A stretch of DNA of 64,000 nt from an uncultured delta proteobacterium. Its GTDB lineage: Bacteria; Desulfobacterota; Syntrophobacteria; Syntrophobacterales; Syntrophobacteraceae. The translations under genes and the position numbers were made by a program. The stretch's first letter is position 1; each line of letters starts with the position of its first letter. The notes under the pieces are model-generated. The model ran no database searches and was not told where the DNA came from. It worked only from the letters and a program-made list of their open reading frames with translations. The stretch spans positions 41,245-105,244 of the forward strand of contig CAWEHK010000019.1 of NCBI GenBank assembly GCA_963808625.1, in the 5' to 3' direction. This document shows positions 9,402 through 20,898 of the stretch, in pieces.

Positions 9402-10896
9402 TCACTTCTTTGCCGCTTTCCTGGCTTCCAGCCAATCTTCAAGCTCCTTCAGAGTCTTGCTCAGGTGATAACGGCCATCGGCGAAAACTCCGTAGTCGCC
9501 ACCCCCCGCCATTGCCGACGTGAAGCGGATGTTATTAGCGTGAAAGAGCCACATATCGCTCCACAGTTTCTCGCTGAACTCATCAAAAGGATTCCCGCCC
9601 TTGTCGAGTCCGGCAGCCAGGCCGCGCTTCCAGATATCTTTCATGAGTTGGGTCCCGGCCAGCGTGGCCGCGTTGGTCTGTTCGATGGTGTTGAGAAAGC
9701 GCGACCAGTGGCCTTCCACCCAGGACTTGGCGTGACAGCGCTGACAACTGGCCTGCATCAGTTGGGCGGCGGCCGTTCGGTCCTGGGGGTTGAGGAGGAA
9801 ACTACTCGCGAAGCCACCCTCGAAATCGGTTGGCAGGGGCAGTCCGTCCTTGTTGCGGATTGCCGAGAGGTTAGCCTCCTTCGGATGAGGATGGGCATAT
9901 ATGAGCCCAAAGATACGCCAGGGCATTCGGTTCTTCACTTCATGAGTGCGCTCACTCACGACCTTGCCATCGCCGTCAACGAGAAGACTGATATGACAAG
10001 CGGCACAGGTCGGCGCCGTGAAGTCCTTGCCGATGCTCCAGGGTACATTCTTGAAATTCCATTCCGCCTGCTTGGCGGAAAAAATATTGCCATGCTTGCT
10101 CGCTTCATAAATCTTGTTTGCCGGAGTATCCGGGCCCACGTGGCATTCCTTGCAGGTGTAGGGTTTACGCGCCATCTCGATGGAGAAATCATGTCTTGTG
10201 TGGCAGGCTGTGCACGATCCCCGAGTGCCATCCAGATTGATGCGCCCGACACCCTGGTTGGGCCACCCGGAAATGATCGGAAATTCCATCTCGCCCATCT
10301 CCGTTTCGCGCGATTTTGTGCCGGTTACTTCAAGCTTGGTGCCGTGGCAGTAGAGGCAGGATTCAGCCTCGGTAGCGGCGTTGGCGGGCTTGAGGACGAT
10401 CTTCCCTTTCTCGAGCACCGGTGAGCCGTTGATCGAGAGCATGAGTTGCTGGTAGAGGCTGTTGTCAACCAGGTTGCCGTAGGCGTGAGCCATAAGGTTC
10501 TTGTCGAACTGCTGCGCCTCCTGGACGTGGCAGGTCGCGCAATCGGCGGGGCTCACCACAATATGGATATCCTGACCGTTATGGTCGAAGGTGTCCTTGT
10601 GCTCCTTGGCGCGCAGAGTATGGCATTCGGCACAGCCGATCGAGACATTCTTCAGTTCGTCGGGAACGTCCTGGACGGAAATCTTGCGACTCAGGCCCTG
10701 AACGGCCAGGGCTGCGGCCGGCGTCGTCGCCGCATGCCGACTTTTTTTCCAGCTTTCAACATGCCCCGGATGGGTCGTTGCGTGACAGCCGAGACATTCC
10801 TCGGTGGCACTGCTGGGAGTGACTTCGCCGTCCAGCTCCCCTCATCCCCGCAAAGGTGGCAATCAAAAAAACAAGGGCAACTGCTACTCGCTTCAT
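9402..10896 (-). CDS. Octaheme cytochrome c, hydroxylamine oxidoreductase (HAO/epsilon-Hao)-like; frameshift near 10835
   Basis: Signal peptide MKRVAVALVFLIATFAG from ATG 10896. Eight CxxCH: CLGCH, CAECH (read upstream of the called ORF), CATCH, CLYCH, CTACH, CKECH, CAACH, CQRCH. CH.RH.FS and Y..SKHG motifs. Confidence 0.85.
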
Positions 10897-11077
10897 GGCT
10901 CGGTCAACCTCCTGACGTTTGCACAACTCATGACGGACCCTCTACGTTGTTGAAGATGTATACTCCATGTTGGAGTCAGTTGTCCATCAGTGTTGTGGGG
11001 AGGGTGTAGTCAGAAGTGGGAGTTCGCCGTGGCTTCATGTGACCATTACCTGATTGCGAATGAGCCTGCATGGTTTC

Positions 11078-11152
11078 GGTGGGCGCAAAAAGACGCGCCC
11101 ACCCTACGCCGTGGCCCAATTGTAGGGTGGGCACAGCTTTACCGTGCCCACC
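11078..11152. repeat. GTAG-type REP doublet
   Basis: GGTGGGCGC..GCGCCCACCCTAC followed by inverted GTAGGGTGGGCAC..GTGCCCACC. Confidence 0.7.
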
Positions 11153-11510
11153 AGGACAGAAGACCCTGCCTTTCAGTAATTTCCAACTCCCACTTCTGTT
11201 CACACCCTTGTGGGGAAGCGGAAACAGGCGGTTTGCCACCCTTGGCCGGGGTCCCGTCAGTAATTCTCTTTCGCCATTCCCCGAAGAGAGCATATAAAGG
11301 GTGTTGTCAGGACCGGTCCCAACTCTCTCGGCGTGGCCGAGGGTCAACGGAAGTCCGGATGAGACTTAAATTCCTCTTTACAAATGAAACCAACGGAGAA
11401 TACTGTTTGATGCTTCGAACAGGAAGGACCTCAGACTCCGGCGTGAAAGCCGGTTCCAGACAACGCGCAAGAGTTGAGCGGCAAGGTAGGGAAGGCATAG
11501 CGGAGGACTC

Positions 11511-11921
11511 ATGCAACCACTTTCCGGCGTTGGAACACTGTCTCCCTGGGAGCCGGGCATATTCTCCCTGACCGTCTACAGCATTCTCGTCCTGGTCTTT
11601 GTCGCATCCCAACTCTTTCTTGCGGCCTGGTTGGGGGAGAAGAAACCGGGCATCGAGAAAGCGAGACCCTATGAGTGCGGCGTCATCCCCACCGGCTCCG
11701 CCCGTCTGCGTTATCCCGTTCCTTTTTATCTGGTAGCCATTTTTTTCCTCATTTTTGACGTCGAGGGCGCTTATATTTTCACCTGGGCCGTTGTCTACCG
11801 GGACCTTGGCTGGTCGGGGTGGATGCAGATGTCCTTTTTTATCGTTTTGCTGCTCATCGGGCTCGTTTATCTCTGGAAAAAGGGAGGGCTTGATTGGAGG
11901 CCGGCTTACAAAACAAAGTAA
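11511..11921 (+). CDS. nuoA: NADH-quinone oxidoreductase subunit A
   Basis: [35 protein letters not shown]. Confidence 0.95.
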   Translation: MQPLSGVGTLSPWEPGIFSLTVYSILVLVFVASQLFLAAWLGEKKPGIEKARPYECGVIPTGSARLRYPVPFYLVAIFFLIFDVEGAYIFTWAVVYRDLGWSGWMQMSFFIVLLLIGLVYLWKKGGLDWRPAYKTK

Positions 11922-14356
11922 GCGACCGCTTCCTTGGGGTTGCGGATCTCGTCATCAACTGGTCCCGCCAGTACAGCCTCTGGCCGCTGTTTTTCGGGCT
12001 CTCGTGCTGTTTTGTGGAAGAGGCGACGGCTTTCACCTCCCGCTACGATATGGCCCGGTTCGGCGCGGAAGTGCTGCGTCCTTCCCCGCGCCAGGCGGAT
12101 CTCCTGATTACCTCCGGCACCATCTTCAAGAAGATTGCCCCGGTCGTCCTGCGCCTGTACGAACAGATGGCGGAACCCAAGTGGGTCATCTCCATGGGCT
12201 CCTGTTCCAACTGCGGCGGGATGTACGACGTCTACAGCGTAGTCCAGGGCATCGACCAGATTCTGCCGGTGGATGTCTACATCCCGGGATGTCCGCCAAG
12301 GCCCGAGGCGGTGCTTCAGGGGCTGGTGCTGCTGCAGGAAAAGATTGTTGCCACGGAGCGGCCGGCGCGGTCGGTTTTTCATCTCGGGGAGGGCGCGCAG
12401 GGGAGCCAGCGACCCATCTTGATCGACGGTCTGACGAAATCGCGCGATCCGCGTGGTCCGGGCATGCAGGGGACCGTAATCCGGGGAACTTCGGCCGTAC
12501 CACCCAAGTTCTGGGGCAGCCGCGCCGATGATATGTGGACCCCTCCCGCGCGCCGCATCGAGTTGAACGCGCACGACCAGTCTCTGGCGGCAACGCTCGA
12601 GCAAAGGTTTGGCGACGCCGTCCGGCAGGTCCCCCACACTTCCGACATGCTGACGTTCGAGGTGGAGCAGAGCCGTGCCAAGGAGGTATTGCGCGTGTTG
12701 AAGGCGGAAGTCTCACCACGGTTTTTGCGCCTCGATGACCTGACCGCGATCGATGAGTCCGCCCGCCGGGACCGCATGCCGCCGAAGGAATTGGCCGAGG
12801 CATTGACGGATATCGGGGAGGGGGGCACCCGCAAGCGGGTGGAGCGCCAGGTGTATCCGGACTTTACCCTTGTCTATCACCTCCTTTCTTTCGATGGGCC
12901 CGCTCGCCTCCGCCTGAAAGTGGGCCTGACGGGAGAAGATCCCGTTGCCGATTCGATCACGGACATCTGGCCGTCCGCCAACTGGTATGAACGGGAAGTC
13001 TTCGACCTCTTCGGGATACGCTTCGAGGGCCATCCGAACCTGCGCCGCCTGATCATGCCCCACGACTGGGACGGCCATCCCCTGCGCAAGAGCTATCCCG
13101 GCCGGGCTACCGCGATGCCTCCGTATACGCTCGACGACGCTCGGAAACACCAGCCGCTCGACGGCGGGGTTTACGCGAAGCAGGCCGCCGGCGAAGAACA
13201 GCTCGTCCTCAACATCGGCCCCTCCCATGTCAGCACCCATGGGTTGCTGCGCTACATCGTCTCGCTCAACGGGGAAGACATCACCGATCTTAACCTCGAT
13301 ATCGGCTACCATCACCGGGGTGTCGAAAAAATCGGCGAGCGCCAGACCTGGCACCAGTTTATCCCATATTGCGCCCGAGTGGACTACCTGGCGGGCGCGG
13401 CGAACGACCTCCCTTACGTCCTGGCGGTGGAGACCCTGGCGGACATCAAAGTGCCGGAGCGGGCGCAGGTGATCCGCGTGCTGCTCTCCGAGCTCTTTCG
13501 CCTGAGCAACCATCTCGTCTGGTTTGCCACCTACGCTCATGATGTGGGGGCGATGACGCCCAATTTCTACGCCTTCGCCGAGCGGGAAATGATTCTCGAT
13601 ATCGTTGAGCTCATCACCGGGGGCCGCCTGCATCCTTCCTGGTTCCGTCTGGGAGGCGTTGCCGCCGACTTGCCGGACGGCTGGAAAGAAGCGGTGGATG
13701 CGTTCGTCAAGATCTTCCCCGGGCGTCTTCAAGAATATGAAAATCTGATCAGGAAGAACCCCATCTTTAAGGCTCGAACCCAGGGGATCGGGCGTATTTC
13801 CCTTGAAGACGCCATGGACTGGGGTGTTACCGGCCCGAATTTGCGGGCGTGCGGGCTGGAATGGGACTTGCGCAAGAAGTTCCCCTACTCGGGTTACGAG
13901 AACTTCGAGTTCGATATCCCAACGGCCTACCGAGGGGGATTGCTACGCGCGCTATCTCGTGAGAGTCGAAGAAATGCGCCAGAGCCTGAGGATCATTGCA
14001 CAGGCCGCCGCGAATATGCCGCCGGGCCGCCATGTGACCGACGATTACCGATACGTGATTCCGGAGCGCAAGGATATGCTCAAGCATATCGAAAGCCTCA
14101 TCCATCATTTCATCAATGTGACGGGCGGGCCCAAAATTCCCCGAGGCGAGGCCTATCGGTCGTGCGAAATCCCGCGCGGCGAGCAGGGTTACTACGTGGT
14201 CAGCGACGGCCTCGGCTACGCCTACCGCATGCGCATCCGCGGCCCCGGATTTGCCAACGTGCAGGTCATGCCCCTGCTGGCAACGGGGGAGAGCATCGCC
14301 GACCTCATTGCGATCATCGGTCGGTTGACTATATCTTGCCGGATATCGATCGGTGA
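11894..14356 (+). CDS. nuoBCD: Fused NADH-quinone oxidoreductase subunit B/C/D (compensating frameshifts near 13930 and 14320)
   Basis: NuoB GLSCC..E, SPRQAD, MGSC, PGCPPRP; NuoC ANWYERE.FDLFG, HPLRK; NuoD GPSH.STHG, GYHHRG.EK, EIPRGE.G (alternate frame), ends DIDR. Confidence 0.92.
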   Translation: MEAGLQNKVSDRFLGVADLVINWSRQYSLWPLFFGLSCCFVEEATAFTSRYDMARFGAEVLRPSPRQADLLITSGTIFKKIAPVVLRLYEQMAEPKWVISMGSCSNCGGMYDVYSVVQGIDQILPVDVYIPGCPPRPEAVLQGLVLLQEKIVATERPARSVFHLGEGAQGSQRPILIDGLTKSRDPRGPGMQGTVIRGTSAVPPKFWGSRADDMWTPPARRIELNAHDQSLAATLEQRFGDAVRQVPHTSDMLTFEVEQSRAKEVLRVLKAEVSPRFLRLDDLTAIDESARRDRMPPKELAEALTDIGEGGTRKRVERQVYPDFTLVYHLLSFDGPARLRLKVGLTGEDPVADSITDIWPSANWYEREVFDLFGIRFEGHPNLRRLIMPHDWDGHPLRKSYPGRATAMPPYTLDDARKHQPLDGGVYAKQAAGEEQLVLNIGPSHVSTHGLLRYIVSLNGEDITDLNLDIGYHHRGVEKIGERQTWHQFIPYCARVDYLAGAANDLPYVLAVETLADIKVPERAQVIRVLLSELFRLSNHLVWFATYAHDVGAMTPNFYAFAEREMILDIVELITGGRLHPSWFRLGGVAADLPDGWKEAVDAFVKIFPGRLQEYENLIRKNPIFKARTQGIGRISLEDAMDWGVTGPNLRACGLEWDLRKKFPYSGYENFEFDIPTAYRGGLLRALSRESRRNAPEPEDHCTGRREYAAGPPCDRRLPIRDSGAQGYAQAYRKPHPSFHQCDGRAQNSPRRGLSVVRNPARRAGLLRGQRRPRLRLPHAHPRPRICQRAGHAPAGNGGEHRRPHCDHRSVDYILPDIDR

Positions 14357-14370
14357 GCTCGTTTTTTTTG

Positions 14371-14417
14371 CCACGAATGAACACGAAGGAAGACGAAGAC
14401 ACACGAAGATACGGAAA
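14371..14417. repeat. Half-copy of periodic CACGAA repeat between nuoD and nuoH
   Basis: CCACGAATGAACACGAAGGAAGACGAAGACACACGAAG. Confidence 0.55.
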
Positions 14418-14423
14418 GAAACC

Positions 14424-15410
14424 ATGTTGGCGTGGACCACAGGAATCCTCATACTGATCGTTAAGCTGGGCATGGTGCTGGTGGTTTTGCTGCTTCTGGC
14501 GGCCTACCTGGTGTGGGTGGAGCGCAAATTCCTGGCCCGGCTGCAGATTCGCTATGGGCCCAATCGGGCAGGGAAATTCGGGTTGCTGCAGCCCATCGCG
14601 GATGTCGTCAAGATGCTTACCAAGGAAGACACGGTGCCGGATGGGGCCGAACGGCTGATTTTCATGCTCGCTCCTGCCGTCGTTGCGGCCACGGCCTTGT
14701 TGATGTTTGCCGTGATTCCCCTCGGTCCCGACCTGACCCTCTGGGGATTGAAGGTCCCCCTCGTGGTGACGGACCTCAACATCGGCCTGCTTTTCGTTTT
14801 CGCATTGTCGTCTTTGGGAGTCTATGGCGTCGCTCTCGGCGGTTGGGCCTCCAATTCCAAATACAGTCTGCTGGGGGGAATACGGGGAGCGGCTCAGATG
14901 ATCAGCTATGAGCTTTCCCTGGGGCTCTCCCTGGTGCCGGTTGTCATGCTGGCCCGCTCCTTCAGCCTCGTGGATATCGTGCAGGCCCAGGAGCGGTATC
15001 CCTTCATCCTCGTTCAGCCGATCGCCTTTGTCATTTTCGTTGTCAGCGCCATGGCCGAGAGCAAGCGTATCCCGTTCGACCTCCCCGAGGCCGAGAATGA
15101 ATTGGGTGCGGGCTTTCATACCGAGTACAGCGGCATGCGCTTCGGGCTTTTCTTCCTCGGGGAGTACGTCAACATGCTGGTTTTGGGGGGCATCGTCGCG
15201 GTGCTCTTCCTGGGAGGATGGCGCGGGCCGCTTCTGCCGCCCTTCGCGTGGCTTTTCATCAAGATCGCGGTCGTGGCACTGTTCATGATCTGGATGCGGG
15301 GGACGTTGCCCCGTCTTCGGTACGATCAATTGATGGCTTTGGGGTGGAAGGTATTGATCCCGGTAGCCCTGGTTAACATTGTGGTGACGGGGGCAGTGAC
15401 GTTGCTCTAG
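14424..15410 (+). CDS. nuoH: NADH-quinone oxidoreductase subunit H
   Basis: ERK..A..Q.R.GPN, GLLQPIAD, SNSKYSLLGG.R..AQMISYE, PFDLPEAE.EL.AGFHTEYSG. Confidence 0.95.
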   Translation: MLAWTTGILILIVKLGMVLVVLLLLAAYLVWVERKFLARLQIRYGPNRAGKFGLLQPIADVVKMLTKEDTVPDGAERLIFMLAPAVVAATALLMFAVIPLGPDLTLWGLKVPLVVTDLNIGLLFVFALSSLGVYGVALGGWASNSKYSLLGGIRGAAQMISYELSLGLSLVPVVMLARSFSLVDIVQAQERYPFILVQPIAFVIFVVSAMAESKRIPFDLPEAENELGAGFHTEYSGMRFGLFFLGEYVNMLVLGGIVAVLFLGGWRGPLLPPFAWLFIKIAVVALFMIWMRGTLPRLRYDQLMALGWKVLIPVALVNIVVTGAVTLL

Positions 15411-15483
15411 ACGCCTGAAACCCTGGCGGGTTGGAAAACCCGCCCTCCTTTGACAAGAAGACCGGAGCAGTGATCTTGCGCTA

Positions 15484-15672
15484 AGAGCGTGTCTAAAGAA
15501 AGTGAGGGTGCTTGTCGGATTTTCCGAATGAACCCCGCAACGTCATTCCCGCATGGTTTTAGCGGGAATCCAGATTCTCAAAGGCCTGGACCCCCGCCAA
15601 AGCTTGTCCCAGCAGGCTTTAGGCGGGGAGCATGCGGGGGTGACGCCAAGAAGGGCTTTTTGGACACGCTCT
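15484..15672. mobile_element. MITE-like element with 14-bp TIRs enclosing a REP palindrome
   Basis: AGAGCGTGTCTAAA ... TTTGGACACGCTCT; internal GTCATTCCCGCATG...CATGCGGGGGTGAC at 15542-15644. Confidence 0.6.
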
Positions 15673-15729
15673 GAAAGCTTGAAACCGAAAGCTGGGAATT
15701 ATCCCATAAAGAGAGGAGAGCGCGAGGTT

Positions 15730-16267
15730 ATGGGAGCAGGCTGGGAAGCGATAAAGGCGCTGGCGTCCGGATTCGCCACCACATTCGAGCCATCTTTTTC
15801 GCAAGCCGATCACGGAGGAATACCCGGAGTTCAAACGCCCGTTGCCGGTTCGCACGCGCGCGGTGATCGTCCTGACGCGGGACCCCGATGGCGGCGAACG
15901 ATGCGTGGCCTGCTACCTGTGCTCGGCCGTCTGCCCGGTGAGCTGCATCTCCATGCAATCGGCGGAAAGAGCAGACGGGCGTCGTTACGCTTCCTGGTTT
16001 CGCATCAATTTCGCGCGCTGCATTTACTGCGGCCTGTGTGAGGAGGCCTGCCCGACCTCTGCGATCCAATTGACGCCCTATTTTGAAACCTGTAAGAGAA
16101 ACATTTTGGACCTTGTTTACGAGAAGGAAGATCTCCTGGTGGATCACCAGGGGAAAGACAGAGAATACAACTTTTACCAATATGCGGGCGTGACCACCGC
16201 GGTGGGCGGCAAGGGTGAGCATATCCAGGAAGATGAACCGGTGAACCTCAGGACGAATCTTCCCTGA
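15730..16267 (+). CDS. nuoI: NADH-quinone oxidoreductase subunit I (frameshift near 15790)
   Basis: CVACYLCSAVCP and CIYCGLCEEACP 4Fe-4S motifs; N-terminus MGAGWEAIKAL in an alternate frame. Confidence 0.93.
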
Positions 16268-16303
16268 GTACAGAAAAGCAGTAGAAAGTGCCCATTATCC
16301 CCG

Positions 16304-16377
16304 GTCGTCATTCCCGCATGCTCCTGGCGGGAATCCAGCAATAGCGCCTGGGTGCTCGCCTTCGCGGGCATGACGAC
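16304..16377. repeat. REP-like palindrome (GTCATTCCCGC family)
   Basis: GTCGTCATTCCCGCATGCTCCTGGCGGGAATCCAG...GCGGGCATGACGAC. Confidence 0.75.
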
Positions 16378-16457
16378 TGCAATTTGGAAGCTCATCTAGA
16401 CGGTGTTTTACAAGGGTTTGCACCGATTAGTGACAACTTCGGCTCTACGGGTCTCCA

Positions 16458-16980
16458 ATGACATTGTATGCTCTAATCTTCTACATCGTGTCAGCGGTTA
16501 CCGTGCTGGCAACCGCCGTGGCCGATCACCAGGCGCAATCTCGTGCATGCGGTGATTTACCTGATTTTCTCCTACTTCGGCACCGCCATGCTTTTTTACC
16601 TCTTTGGGGCGCCCCTGCTGGCGGCTTTGGAGGTGATCATCTATGCGGGAGCCATCATGGTCCTGTTTCTCTTCGTGCTCATGATGATCAGGATGGAGTC
16701 CTACCAGGAGGTCATGTTTCCACTGTGGCAGTGGCTTCCCGCCGCGGCCTTCGGGCGGATTTACCTGGTTGCTGGTTTTCGATCATGGTTTTCGGAACTC
16801 CGGGAACAGAGGTCCGCCTGCGATCTCGTGTTGGCCACCCCGCGGGATTTGCGCTGTATGTCTTCAAGGAACACTGGTTGTCCATCGAGATCGTCTCCCT
16901 GCTGCTGCTGGTCGCGCTCATCGGCGCCCTGCACCTGGGAAAGGGAAAAGCGAAAAACCAGGCTCGAGGAGGAAGCATGA
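16458..16980 (+). CDS. nuoJ: NADH-quinone oxidoreductase subunit J (frameshifted)
   Basis: EVIIYAGAIMVLFLFVLM; C-terminal EIVSLLLLVALIGA in another frame. Confidence 0.88.
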
Positions 16981-17283
16981 TCGTACCATTCAGCCATGTT
17001 CTGCGTTAGCCGGAATTCTTTTCGTGCTGGGCATGTTCTGCGCCGTGGCGCGCCGCAACCTGATCATGATCGTGCTGGGGGTGGAGATCATGTTGAACGC
17101 CGCGTCCATCGTCTTTGTGGGGGCCTCTGCGCTGGCACAGCCTCGAGGGCCAGACTTTCGTGCTGTTTATTCTGGCCATCGCCGCGACGGAGGTTTCTGT
17201 CGGGCTGGCCATCATCGTCTACGCGTTTCGGCGGACGGGTTCCTTTGACCCGGGAGCGTATAAGCGCGGTAGATGGGCTCTAA
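16977..17283 (+). CDS. nuoK: NADH-quinone oxidoreductase subunit K (frameshifted; exact stop uncertain)
   Basis: RRNLIMIVLGVEIMLNA; GQ.FVLFILAIAATEVSVGLAI. Confidence 0.88.
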
Positions 17284-17301
17284 GTATCCTTATATTTTCA
17301 A

Positions 17302-17370
17302 ACCACGGAACACACGAAAAACACGGAAAAATCACTTTTTGTCTTTCGGGTGTTTCGAGTATTTCGTGGT
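17302..17370. repeat. Inverted repeat with 9-bp periodic arms, no ORF
   Basis: ACCACGGAACACACGAAAAACACGGAAA ... TTTCGGGTGTTTCGAGTATTTCGTGGT. Confidence 0.7.
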
Positions 17371-17431
17371 GAAAGATGGTGACTTGTTTTTCGACAACCC
17401 CTAAGGTGTTAATAGATCTGCGAGGAGCAAG

Positions 17432-19341
17432 ATGACCACCGTTTTAACTGAAGATGCGACCCTGTTCGGCGGTCACTTGTCGACCCTGTTGCCCTTCGCT
17501 GCTTTCGTCCTGATCATGATTTTGCCACGAGTCCAGGCCGCGGCTTTCCGCCGCGCTCTCCCTCGGGGCCGTTGCGGTATCCTCTTGGCTGCGCCCTGTT
17601 TCTCCTGATCAGCCACTGGGGAATGAAGCAACCGATTCAGCACACGGTTCCTGGCTCGATTCGAGCAACATCCAGGTCCCGCTGGGTTATCTGCTGGATC
17701 CGGTCAGCCTGCTGATGCTTACCGTGGTGCGTTGATCAGCCTCCTGATCCAGGTTTATTCCTTGGGTTATATGGCTGGGGATCCCGGTTTTTCGCGCTAT
17801 TACGCGCTCATGTCCCTCTTTGTCTGGGCGATGATGTGTCTGGCGGTTGCTCCCACGATGTTCCAGCTCTACATCTTCTGGGAACTGGTCGGATTGTCGT
17901 CCTACTTTCTGATCGGTTTCTGGTACGAAAAATTCAGTGCCAGCCAGGCCGGTAAGAAAGCCTTTGTCATGACGCGGGCAGGGGATGTGGCCTTCTTTAT
18001 CGGATCCTCGTGGTTTTGATGCATCTCGGCAATCTCAATATTCTGGACATGGACAGCCCCGAAATTGCCGCGCGCATGTCCCCGACCCTGCTCAATGTTT
18101 CTGCCCTGCTCATTTTTGGGGGCATCATCGGCAAGAGCGCACAGTTTCCGCTGATGACCTGGCTGCCTGACGCCATGGAGGGGCCTACGCCGGTGAGCGC
18201 CCTGCTCCATTCCTCGACCATGGTTGCCGCCGGGGTTTACCTGTTCGAGCGTCTTTTCCCCTTTTTCAATCTGTCTCCCGTCGCCACCACCTTTGCTTTG
18301 TATCGGCGCGATCAGCATGCTCATGTCTTCCACCATGGCCATGGTCAGTCGCGATATCAAGAAGATCCTGGCCTATTCCACCATCAGTCAGCTTGGTTTC
18401 ATGATCATGGGACTGGATGCCGGCGATTTTTTCTCGGGCGCTTTTCACCTGACCACCCATGCGGGTTTCAAGGCACTGCTGTTCCTTTGCTCCGGCGTAT
18501 TCATTCACCACTATGCCACGAACGATATCTTCGAACTGGGTGAACAGGGCTGCCGCGGACTGAGAGCTCCGATGGCCTGCATGGTCATCGCCGCCGGTGC
18601 CCTCGCCGGATTGCCGCCCCTTTCAGGATTTTTCAGCAAGGAGGCAATCCTCGCGGGGTTGGCCCAACTCTCCAATCCCATCTGGCTCGGGGCGGGTCTC
18701 CTGGGGGTCTTCCTGACTGCCTATTATGCTTTCCGCATGATCTTCATTCTTCTCTTGCCACCGGATGTCCAAAAGGCCCATGAGGAGAACTCCGGCGATT
18801 CCGCTTCGGATCGCCATGCCGGCCGTCACCAGGGAGCTTACCGGGTAATGGTCTGGCCGTTGCTTATTCTGGCGGGTATTACGGTGCTCCTGGGATTTCT
18901 CCAGCACCCTCTGGAACAATTCCTTGCGACCGACCTTACCGCTGCTCCGCTATCCGGAGCACGGCACTACGCCTGGCTTCCCTATATTGCGCTCATGTTA
19001 TCGCTCGGGGGAGTGGCCTTGGCCTGGATCGAGTTTGGTCGACGCAGGCCCGGCGGGTTGGATTCGTGGAGCGGGTGCCGTTTTTATACAAGCTCTTTGC
19101 CGAGCGCTGGTACCTCGACGATTTGTACCGCTTGCTTGTGGACCGGCTCATCGACAGAGGCATTTCCAGACTCTTTTTTGAAAATGACAACAGGGTGATT
19201 GACGGCGGCATCGACGAAATGTGCAAAGGCACGGTTGAAAGCGGCCGCTTCGTGGCCCTCCTGCATCCGGGCATGATTCAGCACCGTTTGCTGATGACGC
19301 TTTGCGGTCATGGTGTTGCTGTCGCTTTACTTTTCTTTTAG
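17432..19341 (+). CDS. nuoL: NADH-quinone oxidoreductase subunit L (multiple frameshifts)
   Basis: [71 protein letters not shown] across successive frames. Confidence 0.9.
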
Positions 19342-19355
19342 GACCGTGATCACGT

Positions 19356-19390
19356 GACCACTAACCACTAGTCACTAGTCACCAGTCACT
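19356..19390. repeat. Heptamer tandem repeat (~5 x AGTCACT-like)
   Basis: GACCACT AACCACT AGTCACT AGTCACC AGTCACT between nuoL and nuoM. Confidence 0.7.
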
Positions 19391-19414
19391 GAACCAGCTA
19401 ACAGGGTTTTACCG

Positions 19415-20898
19415 ATGCCCATGAGCCTATGCCGGTTTTCCATACCTTTCCGCCATTCTGCTGAGCTGCGTGGTGGGCCTGCTGGCAATCATGGCCATCC
19501 CCGAAGAGCGCAAAACCTGCTCAGATGGGTGAGCGCAGTCTTCTCCGGGATCACCCTGGTTTTGTCCGCGTACCTCTTCTTCGCCTACGACAAGGGCCAG
19601 GGCGGGCTCCAATTCGTGGAGAAAGTTTCGTGGGTCCCGTCTCTCGGCATCTCACTATTTCAACGCTGCCGACGGCTTCAATCTGCCCAATGCTCCTGCT
19701 TACCGGCATCGTGTTCTTCACCGGTGTCCTCACCATGTGGGAGCTCGAGGTGCGGGTAAAAGAATTCTATGCCCATTATTTTCTCCTGGTGGCCGCTGTT
19801 TTCGGGCTCTTTATGAGCATGGATCTCTTCTTCATCTTCGTCTGGTACGATGTTTCCCTTTTCCCCATGTATCTGCTGATCGCCGTCTGGGGCCATACCC
19901 GCAAGGAATATGGCGCCATGAAGCTGACCCTCTACCTGCTGGCGGGGAGTGCGCTGATTCTGCCGGCCATCGTCTATCTTTTTACGAAGTCGGGCCTGCA
20001 TACCTTCGATCTCCTGTCCCTCATGCAACCCGGGGTCTTCACCGCCGCCCAGCAGAAGTTCGCTTTTCTGCTGCTCTATTTGGGCTTCGGCATTTTGGCC
20101 GGCGTGTGGCCGTTCCACACCTGGTCGCCGGTGGGCCATGTGGCGGCGCCGACGGGGGTGAGCATGGTTCACGCCGGCGTCCTCATGAAGATGGGTGCCT
20201 TCGGTGTGCTGCGCGTGGCCATCTTCCTCTGCCCGGAGGGTTGGAAGTACTTCGGGCAACTCATGGGGCTGCTGGCCGCAGTGGGCATCATCTACGGCGC
20301 ACTCGTGGGTCTGCGGCAGACCGATCTCAAATACGTCATCGGGTATTCGAGCGTGTCGCACATGGGCGTCGTCGGCCTGGGACTGTCGACCGTCTCGGTG
20401 CAGGGACTCAACGGAGCCGTATTCCAGATGTTTACCCACGGCGTCATGACGGCCTTGCTCTTTTCTTCGGTGGGCTACATTTATGACCGCACCCATACGA
20501 AAATGATCGATGAGCTTGGCGGGTTGAGCCGAATCATGCCGGTCGCCTCGGCCTATTTCATTGTCGCGGCCCTGGCGGGCATGGGCGTCCCGGGCCTGGC
20601 AAATTTCTGGGGGGAGCTGCTGGTCTTCATTGCGGCGTTCAAAGTCTATCCGGTGCGGGCCGTTGTGGCGGTGCTTGCCCTGCTGGTCACGGCGCTCTTC
20701 ATGCTTCGGGTCGTGCAGCGGACCTTTTATGGCCCCCGGAACGAACGGTACGCGCAGCTTCCCGACGTCACGTTTGGTGAGGGCATTCCCCGCATGATCC
20801 TCGCTGCGGTCCTGGTGCTGTTTGGCCTCTGGCCATCGCTCCTCCTTGACGTGATCCAGGCCGCTTCGATTCCTTTCATGAGTGGATTGCCAAGATGA
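19415..20898 (+). CDS. nuoM: NADH-quinone oxidoreductase subunit M (5' frameshifts)
   Basis: WPFHTWSP.GH..AP, AGVLMKMG, IGYSSVSHMG, QM.THG, PGLANFWGE. Confidence 0.92.

Noticed and set aside
8880..10424. 514-aa plus-strand ORF and similar long antisense ORFs (13827-15329, 29623-30918, 35947-37347, 52098-53252)
   Set aside because: Shadow ORFs opposite well-supported genes in GC-rich DNA; no recognisable motifs.
11894..14356. Group 4 NiFe hydrogenase interpretation of the nuo-like cluster
   Set aside because: No N- or C-terminal CxxC nickel ligands in the D subunit.
13803..15410. Apparent NuoD-NuoH fusion ORF (535 aa)
   Set aside because: Produced by frameshifts in nuoD; nuoH has its own ATG at 14424.
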